Below, one piece after another: positions 49,207 to 60,400 of a DNA stretch of 64,000 bases; within the stretch, counting starts at the first letter, position 1; the number at the start of each line of letters is the position of its first letter. Under the pieces are notes generated by a model that saw only the letters and a list, made by a program, of their open reading frames with translations, made no database searches and was not told the DNA's origin. Origin of the DNA: a virus; IMG/VR virus record IMGVR_UViG_3300030333_008334, positions 32,001-96,000 of that record, one strand, 5' to 3'. Made by a program: the position numbers and the translations under genes.

Positions 49207-51000
49207 TTATCTGACCGTCCCTCTTATATCTTTCAAAGGAAATTTGAGTTCCATAATTGTATCTTCTGGTACATCAATAAATCTTCCATCTGGTGAAATA
49301 TGATGATCCATGTTAAAAACTACATTAGAGTATGGATTTCCACTTAAATTTCTTATCTTCACTGTCACTACGTCGACTACGCCTAGTGTATCATTTATTA
49401 CATCATAAATTCTAGTTATTGCTAGCGGTTCCCCCATGTCATAGGGATTCTGCATAAATTCTCTTAAACTACTGATTATATTATTAAATACATCGTACTT
49501 GTTAGTACCAGTTTCCGAAACGGCAACAAAATCAATTCCAAAATTAACAATCTTTCCATCCATTATATCAATGGTGTCGTTAATCATTTTATATTGACCT
49601 AGCCAAGTTTTTAAGTTATTTTTAATAGTGGGATTAGCGTTAGTTAAATTTCCGTCAGTATTTTCTGACAAGATATATAAATTTAAATTTCTCTTAAACG
49701 AATCATTATCGTGAGTTATATTGCAGCGCTTAATTGCTCCAAATCTAGGTGGCATTGCATAAATTAAACTAGTATAATCATTTCTTGTTACAGCTCTATT
49801 TTGAGCAGCAAAAAAATCTTTTGCGCGTCGCTTCAATTCTTCGCTATTAGGAATAGAGACGTCTCCAATTATTGGCAATTCGTTTACAACTTCCAATGAC
49901 GACCTTACTAGAGATTTTTTTATTCCCGAAGATGCATCTTGATGAAATCTATAAATTGCCTCAGAGACGCTTGTAACAGTGCCGACTCCTGAATTAACTG
50001 TATTAAGTGAGTTTCTTCGTGTCAATACCGTTAAAGAGGTATTTGTTGGTACTACTCCAAACTTGTCTGTAGAAAGAATTTTTGAAGGATCTAGATAATT
50101 TAATGTTTCGTAGGAGCGACCATGTCTTTTCATAACCAAATTGCTAGGATGTACTATTGGATTGCTTCTAATTTCTGAATCTGATCCATACCCAAACCTC
50201 ATATAAGTTGCGCCGGCTGAGTCTCTCTCAATCACGTATCTTCTAGGCACGCTCAATGCTTTTAAAATATTTGGAGCTAAGAATCTATCATCTCCAGTTG
50301 TAGGAATCGATCGATAAACTATATTTTGCGTCAAGTAATCAACTTCGTAATATGGATGACCTTCCTCATCAAATACAGAAATAACTTCTGTTACATTATC
50401 AATTGGAATTTCAAGTCTTAAGAACTTTTCAAATTCTCCTACTTCAAGAACAACCTGCTCTAATTCTCCTGACATTACTTGACCGTAAGTTTTTATTGCA
50501 TATCTACTAGGCGTTCCATCAACGCTTTCTGCTACAACAACTTGATTATCTGGGCTGGCAAAATCTACATCATCGATAAGCACATATGTGGCGCCCGAAT
50601 CAGAAGTAAATCTTGAGCCGCGGCGCAAAACTGGACAATATGTAGCGTCTGGACCGGCGCCATTGCTAGCAGCAGGAGCTAAAATATAAAGAGCAATCTC
50701 ACCAAAGGCGGCGCCGGGGCCTGGAATTTTATATCCCAGTTGCTCTGCGTGCTTTATAATATTATTATATTCAATGGCAGTTGTCATGAAAGATTCATTG
50801 ACATTGTAATCTAAATAAAACGATAATATATCGCCAACGTATGAAACAGTGTCTAGCATCAAGGATGCGAAGCCGGCATCAGAAAAATCCTTAACCGTAT
50901 CCGGATAATATATTTTTGCGTATTCTTCTAGATCTTTTCTGATCGAAGAAAAGTCTCTACTAGTGTAGTCAATAGGGATTAACTTCTTCTCTTTGGCCAT
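49207..51000 (-). CDS. gp6: Baseplate wedge subunit, T4 gp6 / baseplate J-like
   Basis: YTSRDFSSIR, SYVGDILSFYLD, AEQLGY, MRFGYG, EELKRRA...AQNRAVTRNDY. Confidence 0.9.
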   Translation of the reverse strand: MAKEKKLIPIDYTSRDFSSIRKDLEEYAKIYYPDTVKDFSDAGFASLMLDTVSYVGDILSFYLDYNVNESFMTTAIEYNNIIKHAEQLGYKIPGPGAAFGEIALYILAPAASNGAGPDATYCPVLRRGSRFTSDSGATYVLIDDVDFASPDNQVVVAESVDGTPSRYAIKTYGQVMSGELEQVVLEVGEFEKFLRLEIPIDNVTEVISVFDEEGHPYYEVDYLTQNIVYRSIPTTGDDRFLAPNILKALSVPRRYVIERDSAGATYMRFGYGSDSEIRSNPIVHPSNLVMKRHGRSYETLNYLDPSKILSTDKFGVVPTNTSLTVLTRRNSLNTVNSGVGTVTSVSEAIYRFHQDASSGIKKSLVRSSLEVVNELPIIGDVSIPNSEELKRRAKDFFAAQNRAVTRNDYTSLIYAMPPRFGAIKRCNITHDNDSFKRNLNLYILSENTDGNLTNANPTIKNNLKTWLGQYKMINDTIDIMDGKIVNFGIDFVAVSETGTNKYDVFNNIISSLREFMQNPYDMGEPLAITRIYDVINDTLGVVDVVTVKIRNLSGNPYSNVVFNMDHHISPDGRFIDVPEDTIMELKFPLKDIRGTVR

Positions 51001-51013
51001 CTTATTTCCTCAT

Positions 51014-51026
51014 ATAAATTAAGTAG
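51014..51026 (-). promoter_or_regulatory. Candidate late promoter CTACTTAATTTAT
   Basis: Near-identical to 9772-9784; directly upstream of the gp6 SD. Confidence 0.45.
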
Positions 51027-51028
51027 TT

Positions 51029-51421
51029 CTATCTTTCAATTATCATATCCAATACATCAACAGATGAAAGTGGTACAACTTCGTAAATTACTCTCACATT
51101 TAAAATTTCTTCTGCATATAATTCTTCAGTTTCTGTACCAGGATATTCTACGTCAATTAAATTTACGTAAGGTAAATATTGCTCTGTTTGTTGGTGTATT
51201 CTGCCTTTTAAAGAAGTTTTAGCATCTTCTCTCATTTCAAATAAAAATCTTTTTATGCCTACGCCAAAATCAATATTCATCATTCTCTCACCAGGATTTG
51301 TAAGTAAAAGATTTTTAAAGTTTTGCTTTACCGTTTTTTTGTAAGTTTTTATAGATGCAAATTTCCCATCTCGTGGATTTATTGCTAAAGGTAACAATGG
51401 CGTTATTCCATAAATTGGCAT
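51029..51421 (-). CDS. gp25: Baseplate sheath-initiator, T4 gp25-like
   Basis: VKQNFKNLLLTNPGERMMNIDFGVGIKRFLFE...YLPYVNL. Confidence 0.93.
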   Translation of the reverse strand: MPIYGITPLLPLAINPRDGKFASIKTYKKTVKQNFKNLLLTNPGERMMNIDFGVGIKRFLFEMREDAKTSLKGRIHQQTEQYLPYVNLIDVEYPGTETEELYAEEILNVRVIYEVVPLSSVDVLDMIIER

Positions 51422-51438
51422 ATTTTTACTCCTTTATT

Positions 51439-54400
51439 TTAGAATGGTGATACTGTGCAGGCGTCTTGTGGTGAGCCATCCTTATATTCTTCTATTATAC
51501 TCTGTTTCTTGCCGTCCAGATCATCAATAACTCCTTCAATAATAAGTAGTAAACAATAAATAAAACCAAAGCTTGTCATCGGAGGACCAACACCTGGTCC
51601 GAATGGAGGTGGCGGGAATAAGAAACCAAATGGAATCATCGATGGCATCTGTGCGAAAGAGATACCAGGAACTATATATGGAGATAAAGCTTCGACAACA
51701 CCTTTGATTGTGTTAATAATATCACTCACTTCTTGTTCAAATACGTTTAACGTGTCCCTAGCTTCACCAAGAGCATTTTCTGCAGTCGCTATTGTTTCGT
51801 TAACAGTATTTACTGCTTTCTCAGCCTCTTCAAAATCTTGCCTCAATTGATCTATAAACACTTCATCTCTAGGTTGTGCTGCTTCAGCTGTTGCTACAGC
51901 TAATTCTGCAATTTCTACTGCAGAGTTGGCTAGTTCTAATTCTTGTTTCAGAATGTCTATCTGGCCTTCTAGTTCGCTAATAACAACATTCATGCTAGCA
52001 ACCGAACCATCACGTACCTGTTCTGCAACTGTAATTGATGTCTGTACAACTGTCATGACTAAATCATTAATTGCTATCGCTGTACTGACGCACGGATCCG
52101 TCAAAGTAACAACCCCCTTCAATATGAGGCGCGGTGCTGTATATAGCATCCTCAAAGCTATATCTGTCCACGCAGTATCCGGGGCACTTGTACTAGTACC
52201 GCTATGTCCAGCCTTATAGTTAGAAACACTTCCATACTTTTGCATAGAAAACGGCAATTCTTGCTGATCAATCATAGACATAATAAAATCTAGTATAGTT
52301 TCGCGTGTAGCTTTGAACCGATTTTCCATTCGAACATCTTGGTTGCTTAAGCCTGTATGCATGCAAGTAAGTGACAATAATCTTTCGTATGGGAAAATAT
52401 GATCAAACAATAGAGTATATTCTGGCGTGCTTCTTAATTTTTGCAAAAGTATAGGCAATGCGTCATAGTAGCCAGACATTAAAGTGCCGCGGCCTCCGGC
52501 TTCTTGTGGCTTAAAAGAAGAAAACTCTAACGGGCCTGCAGTGCAATATATGTATTCGACATTTACACGCACATCTGCCATTGGAATCGGATGCAGTCGC
52601 CAACTTTGTTTTGAATAAGAATCAACATCTAGATTAGTATCAGCTTTTTGATTTGGCATGTACTCTGTGATATCAAAAGCTTTTGAAGCTAAATAAGCAT
52701 TTGACAAATCTTTCAATCCGGTATTTGCCTTTCCTTCTAAATTATTCTGTTCTATTCTAGAAATTAAATTATCAAACGCTTCATCGACTTTTGATATAAT
52801 CTTTGTATTTTCTTCTATATTGGTTGTATCAGGCCACATACCATATGGCTTTGATGGAGGAACGTAGAGCAATCGAAGCCCATACTTCATACAATCAAAA
52901 TAGTCAGCAAAATATTGTAGAGTAATAGCATCTACAGACTCTTTTGCAGGATAAGTAACTGTTTCATACTGGCCTGTCCAGAAAGTCAACCTTGCACCTC
53001 TAGATTGATCAATATCCGGATCTGCCCATAGAGGGTCGCCGGCTAGCTCTCGTTCTTTACTTACGATAGCATTCCAATTCACAGTGCCGGTCTCATAGCC
53101 AGCAGTAGATGTCTCAGTATTTTGCCCGTATTCTAAATATAATCTTGGAAACGCTCTTCCCAAGGCCAAGGGGCCTTCTTGTTCATTAACGCCATATAGC
53201 CAAGCTCCACCGCCCGTCACTGAATTTCTATATTCATCATTAGTGACCATGATCCATTGAGCCCAATCGATAACATCTTGCCAAGTTATAACTTGAGTAT
53301 TTGAAGTTGGTATTCTTATATCACCTAGAAAAAATGGAGTAGTTGCTGAAGATGGTCTTATAATAACTTGATCATGGACGCCGCGGTCAGCAAACTCATT
53401 GCTTAAATTTGTAGTTTCTGGTGCAGAATCTATAGTTTTTTGTACCATGAAATCCATACCGAAATCATCTTCTTTTCCTTCAGCCTTTTGTTTTTCTAAA
53501 GCTGCTGGATTTTTCTTAATGTTATTGAAAGTAAAGGCCAGAAAAGCTACGTGATCAAATGCGGCGCCGAGCGCTCGGTGTTCAGCTCTACTAATTTTTT
53601 GACTATAACTATCTTTTTGAACCTGGGAGTAGCCGCCAGTCATTGGGTCAATTGGATTGAACAGTCCCTCGGCGCTGACCAAAGTTTCGTCAGTGGTTAT
53701 TCCGTCTAATACAAAGCCCGGAGTTATACCGACGTTAACAGCGCCATAAGTTATTCCTTCTTCTTTGTAAAATTGTATTCTATATGCTTTAAGAGCCCTA
53801 AGATATTGTTTATAGATGCTTTGAAAAGTAATTGTTCCAGTATAGTTTGGATTTTGCACAGGAAAATGACCTAAATCATGCGCCTGCACGTTTCCAGTGC
53901 CATCTTCATTTAAATAAATTTCATCAATTGTGCCATCTTCATTTAAACCAAGCTCAAAAGCTATATTTGGAGCGCCCATATCTTTAATATACGAATTATA
54001 TGTTTCATGAGCGTTTTTACCGCTGGGAGAGGCGAAAGGAAAACTTACGTCGCGCCAGCCGGTTAGATTATCTAATCCGGCAGATTCTAAAGTTTCTTGT
54101 GTAGCAAAAGGCAATCCACTAATATCAAATTCCAAATCATGTGTGGCAGCATAGTGTCTTGAGCATGGCACACCAACTTTGATAAACGCTTGACACTCTC
54201 CTGCATACATCGAAGCACGTGATTCAGATTTCATAATCTCTTCCAACATTGTAGTGTTGTATGAGTTTGGAGCTGTAGGGTCTACTATTCCACTCCATGT
54301 ATTTTGATACCACATGTCATGATTTGTTTTTCCGGCATTGCTTAATTGGTCTATATTTTCTGTGTTAGTGTCAGAATGATAACTAAAATGTCCTTGACAT

Positions 54401-57400
54401 GGACGCATGCTATCAAACATATATATTGTACTGAACCATCCATTAATTTTTGGTACAACGTTGTTCCAAAAAGCTGGATTTTCTTTCGGATGTAAGCCCA
54501 CGTTGTTCCACATCAGTGACGTGTCGAAATTCCAACCTAAAGGTCTTCTGGTGCCTAAAGGTGTTTCGGCTTTGGCTGTGTATAAATAATCAAAAGACCC
54601 TCCAATCAATTGAAGTATATCGTCCCAAAATTTTATACTACTAACACCATATTCATTGAGCTTCTCTTTTGGACGTCCTTGATCCTGAAAATACTGTACA
54701 AATGGATCTGAATTTACCAGCTGGTCGTAATCAAAGCTATAAAAATCACCACTGCTTGGATCAGGTTGTGGATATTCTACGGGAGTTCCGTCTGCCTTAA
54801 CTCTGTTGAAAGCTACATCATATATTTTTGTATTTTGACCTGGTTCATGTTTTCTGCCCAACTTGTCTTTATGTTGCACATAAATGTATGGCTGCAAAAC
54901 AAAACCACCCTCTGAAAACAGTTCTTTTTCACTCTCGAATGTATAAAAAGATTTTCCATATATATGAGAGCCGTCAGACATTAGCGCTCCGCCGACTTTA
55001 CGATCACCTTGATTCAACACGCCACCTTCTGTGTATGTTATCAACTTATTATCCGGATCATTCATATTAATAAACAACTGACCAGATTCTTTATCATTGC
55101 CGGCTGGGTTGATTTCTTCTCCTTCTTCAAAGTATGAAGGTTGAAAAGTATCATATAATTGATAGGGATTTAGACCAGTGGTAAATCGCATTGAAGTTAA
55201 TTTCTCTGCATATTCCTCTTGTGTTTTAATTCTGTAGTTAGCATAACCTAATTCATCCATCAGATTATTGATCGTTGTAACAATTAGAGTATATTGCCTA
55301 TCAAAAATTACTTCTAATGCTAGCTCTGGCTCATACCTACGATGCTTGCTTTCTAATAAGTGTTTGTGGCTATAATTTTTTTCTAAATCTTCGTTGTACC
55401 ATGCAGTGTGAACCAGGTAATTCTTGATTCTGTGTCGATGGGGCCGGCCATATCCTTTCGGATCCGCCCCGGGTTCAATTATTTCTACAGCCCAGCCATC
55501 TCCATTTTCATCAATTTCGTATGTATGTTTATGATAAGATTTGTCTGGATGATTAGTTATGCCGGATCCGCCTTCTAATTCATCCAATATCACAGCGCTG
55601 CAGCGTGATGCTATCAATTCGTAATACTCTTCAGACTCTTGCATCAGCTGGTTTCTTACTCTTTCAAAAGCTGTTTTTCTAAAAAATTCTCTGGATAGTA
55701 CAAATGTGGTATCAAATACAGAAGCTGTTGGCATATACTCAAACATTATTTGCAGCGCGGAGACTCGAAGTCTTAACTGCACTAAGCCGTCTAATACAGC
55801 TTCTTCGATTGGTTCCAAGCCCAAAGCCTCGTCTCTACTATCTTCAACTAGTTTTTTATAATTTGCTCTTTCTTTAGCTATTTTCTCATCTTCAGTTGAA
55901 ATCTCAAACGGTTGACGGCATAACACTTCTCTCAATCTTTCATCAACTTGTTCTCTGAGTGGTCCTATTCCTAATAGTTTTTCAGAAACTGTACCGCCTG
56001 TAAATTCACAAATATCGGACCATGAATTCAAAAACAACTTTTGCAAAAACTTGTCAACAAACTTAAGATCAAAGAATGGAGACAATAAGGTTCTTTCTCT
56101 AAATTCATTTAAAATTCTATTTGTTTCTTTGGGGTGAATATACCTTGCAAACACTTCTTTTATCTCTTCCTCTGATTCTCTTGGAAAAGTAAAGTCGCGA
56201 GGGGAGGTTAGAGATCTTGGAGATGCACCTGGTATCTTATTTTTAATTTTGCTTACGACCAGCATACCAAATAGTTCTGCAATTGTTTTTGGATATTCGC
56301 CTTCTGGCATTCCAAGAACTTCCAGTAACGACGTGAAGTATTCTGGATATGCATTTCTTTCGAGCTGTTTTGCTAATGTTAGACCGCCGTTTTTAACCTT
56401 AACCATGCATACATCATCATGTACATGAGTATTTGGCAGTAATTCCGACTCGATTAATTCGTATTCAATACTAAGTTCAGAATTAGCCAGACGATCCATT
56501 ATTTTTGTGACAGATTTTTCCTGTTGTTCTGTGTAATCAGATGTTGGATCTGGCTTGCCAGTAACTGCCATTGATACGACGCCGCGAAGGGCTTTGGCGG
56601 CTTTTGGATCAGCCTGACCAAGAGAATTAAGAACATCGGCGCCAATTGCATTGTTTTGACGATTATTGTCGCCAGTCTTATCAGGAGAAAAACTGCTATT
56701 TCCTAATACATCTAAAGTATGTTGACTGGCTAACTTTTTCGGTATCTTGAAGATATGCTTAGTAGTCATCTTTTCAGCATTAATTTCATACCTAGGCGGT
56801 ATCCATTCTCCCGGTTTTTTATATGAACCTTCCACCCATACAGGCTCGCTGTTTGGATCCGGCTGCTGCCAATATCCCTCAGTCCAAACTTCTTCCTCGC
56901 CATCTATAGGCATATATTTACCAGGTACTAAATTCCTAGTATAACTTTCTTGTGTACCTAGATATGATGGATTTGATAGAGTATCTCTCAATCTTTGAAA
57001 GGGAAAAATACGCGGACGACTATCCATTAAGCTAGCAAAATCTTGCGTCGGCATAGAAAAGACTAAACCATGATCGCGTAAATCTTGTAACGGAATTAGA
57101 AGAGAGCTATCCTGAAGGACCATTTTACTATATTTATCATGATTCGGCTGGCCATCAGGGTCGACGCCGCCCTGGCCAAAGGGATTTTTACCGTCTTGTT
57201 GGTATCTGAAATATTCAATTTCTTGGCCCTCGGTTGCTCTTCGCGGGTACATTACAATATCATAAACATATTTTTTGAAACTCTGTACAATCCTTTGATG
57301 ATTGATTGGAAATGTACCGAATCCTTCCGGAAACTCTAGACCAGCAAATGTTTCTTCTTGAAAAGTTTCCCACATTTTATAGTTTTCGCTTCCAAATTGA

Positions 57401-60400
57401 ACGTTAGCCGGCAAAGGATACCAGCCTTTTCCATACTGAATGAAAAAATCAAATAAAGCACGTATATTATCTTCATACGCGAAATCAACAATAGCTTTAT
57501 AATTTTTTGCGACATGTCTATTCTGTCCTACTTCTCCCAACCATTCACATTGATTATTTAATATAACGGCAACATTATTATTATATCGATGTCGATTTCC
57601 ATTTCGACCACGTGGCCAGTTTTGCATCCATCGATTCCACCACTCATCTTCGTGTAATAATACTGCTGGTGTTCTTAATTTTAATGTTGGGCCATCATAA
57701 TAATTTTTATCTGGCTCATTATACATGTCTGCATAGACACCTTCTATATCTTTCATATCCGGACCATCTTCGTCAGCATGTTCTTCGATAACCGCATTTT
57801 GTCCATTCCATGGAAGACCTTTTAGCACCATACATTTTCCGTCAGGCTCTGACATGTGTGTGACTAGTCGACCTCGGCCTGGCATGATTGTAGAGCCGTC
57901 TTGCTCGCCGGTCGTGTGATCAATTGTTGATCTCAAAGTACCATCATATTGACGGGGGTATCTCTCGACGTCATATGCGCTAGCAACATACTCGTCCATT
58001 TCTCCCATGATTTCAGCCATTTCTGCTGCAGCTGAAGCTTCACGAGCGGGGTCAGGACTAATAATTGCCTTGAAAGAACCGGCTTCTTTTTCAAATATCG
58101 TTTTAATACCATCAAAGATTGTATCCAAGACAATTTTGTTGCTTCTGGCAACTGACGGTAAAATACCTCCCGGTACCAAATCTTCACATTTAAAAGAAGG
58201 CATTTTATCTTTTAGCATGCTTGAAGGATCTTGTCTCATTAATGCCATTAAGTCTTTAATTTTATTCAAGTTTTCGTTTAATTCGTTTCGCAATTGTGCT
58301 TGAATTTCTTCTTCAGAAAAACCATGTTTTTCAAGCGCTTTTCTTTTGCCGGCCATTGAGTCAAAATCTTCACACAGATCGTCAACATAAGGAATATATT
58401 GTTCAAATTCATCACACACTTTTAAATCGATAAAAGCACCAACATGAGTAAAGAACATGCGTATATCTGGCAAAGTGCTCAAGGCAGGTAGATATTCTTG
58501 AAAATCTTTTTCGATCAAACCTCTAATCAAAATTAAAATACTCTGCGGGCTTATTCCGTTGAAAAGATTACACATTTCTCTACCAGTCAGCATCTTAGCA
58601 ACTGCTTTCATAAATTTAGCAGAATTATCAACCGGCAAATTATAATTATCGAAAGCCTGAGTTAAAGCTGGACTTGGGGCAATAGCGTTTGCAAATGCAG
58701 GAACTTGATTTTCAAAAGCACCATACTCGCCTTCTCCGACATTTGGACCGGGGCCTTCTTCCGTCAGACATGCATTCATTAATTCTGACATCGCGCCGTC
58801 CATCAGTCCAGAAATAATACCAGCAGTCACTTTCCAAAGCGCATCCTCGTAAACATCCATTAAGTCGCCGTTCTCGCTAGTTACTTTTCCTAATTCCGGA
58901 AATACAAACTTAGGAGGAGTTGGCAAATCAGGTACAAAATCTTCTAAGAATTCCCAATCAAAACTTCCGTCTGGCGTTGTGAAGTCATGTAGAACAGCTC
59001 CGGGGTCATCAAAAAAGTCGCCTGGAAGGTCTAAAACAAATTGTGTAATATCAGCACATACTTTTTTAAAATCCAAGAACTGCTTTAGTTCTTCTATAAA
59101 TGTGTCTATCTCGTTGCTAGCTATAGAAACATCAGACATAAATTGAGCGACGTCGCCTGTGGCACTAGCAACTTGGCCGGTCTGATCTTTGCTTCCGCCG
59201 GCCGCATATTCTTCATATCCTAAATTAGCAATTGCTCCAGTAGAATCAGCTGCTAATTCATGCTCAGCAAGAGCACCTTGAGCAGCTAGTTTTCCAGCTG
59301 CAGCTGCAGAAATATCATCCATTCTTTGCAAGCCCTGTTGTATAACACTAGGACCAGAAGCGGTTTCTCCTAAGAATATTTCTTCCGGAGTGCCTCCGAA
59401 GGCTGATGTTGTAATTCCGTCAACCATACCCATTGCCATGGCTCCAGAAACACCAAGCATTTTTCTCATCTCGCCGATGCCAATTGCTTTAAGAATTTCT
59501 CTAAACAGGTATTCACACAATGCTTCTCCGGTTAAGGGGATACCGGCCAAGTTTGACAAGCATTTCATAATCTGCGCCCAGACATTCTTCATGTCAACTT
59601 GATTAAGAAGCTTTAGATAGATTTCTTCAAAGTCTCTCCACTCTTGAGATTCTAGAAAAGATTTTTCAAAAATAGGATCATCATCTGAATCCATAATTCT
59701 CAAGCGCTCTGCTAACAATGCTGCTCGATCACGTATGGCCCATGGCCTATTGAGAAGTTCTAACTGTCTGTCTCTTTCTTGCCTGGTTAACACACTTTTT
59801 TTGTTTAACTCCATCAACTCGGCTTTTTCAGCTTGATCATCTGATGGTGCTTCTTTTCCAGAGGGATATATTTTAATAGCGGGATATATTACAGCTGATA
59901 TAAACTCTTGCCATTTGTCAGTATTCTTACTCCTTGCATCAAAAGAAATAATGTCCTTATAAAGAAAAGCCAAGTGCATGGTTGTAGGAGATATGTTGTC
60001 TCTTAGGCATTCGATTCCGACACTACATATGTTTAACGCAGCTGTATCTTGTCCAAATGCAATATGCATTAATTGCATATTATCTCCTCTAGCCATCAAT
60101 TCAAGCATGCTGTTTTCTGTGGATAATCCATCAGGAAATCCTTCTGGATTATAGCCTTGGCCTGGATATTTTAAGAAGTCGTCTAACTGTCTAGGCAATC
60201 TTTCTAACTGCTTAGCTTCATGCTCTAAATCTACATGATCGATTGATCCGCCAGATGATTTAAAATTATCAACTCTCTTCTTGTATTTTCTTAGTATATT
60301 TGCAACTTTTTTCATCGCACTGTCGAACGACATCGCATTTAAATCATAAAACGCCTCAAAACAACCGCCATGTTGTTCACATTCGTTTTCATAATCAATT

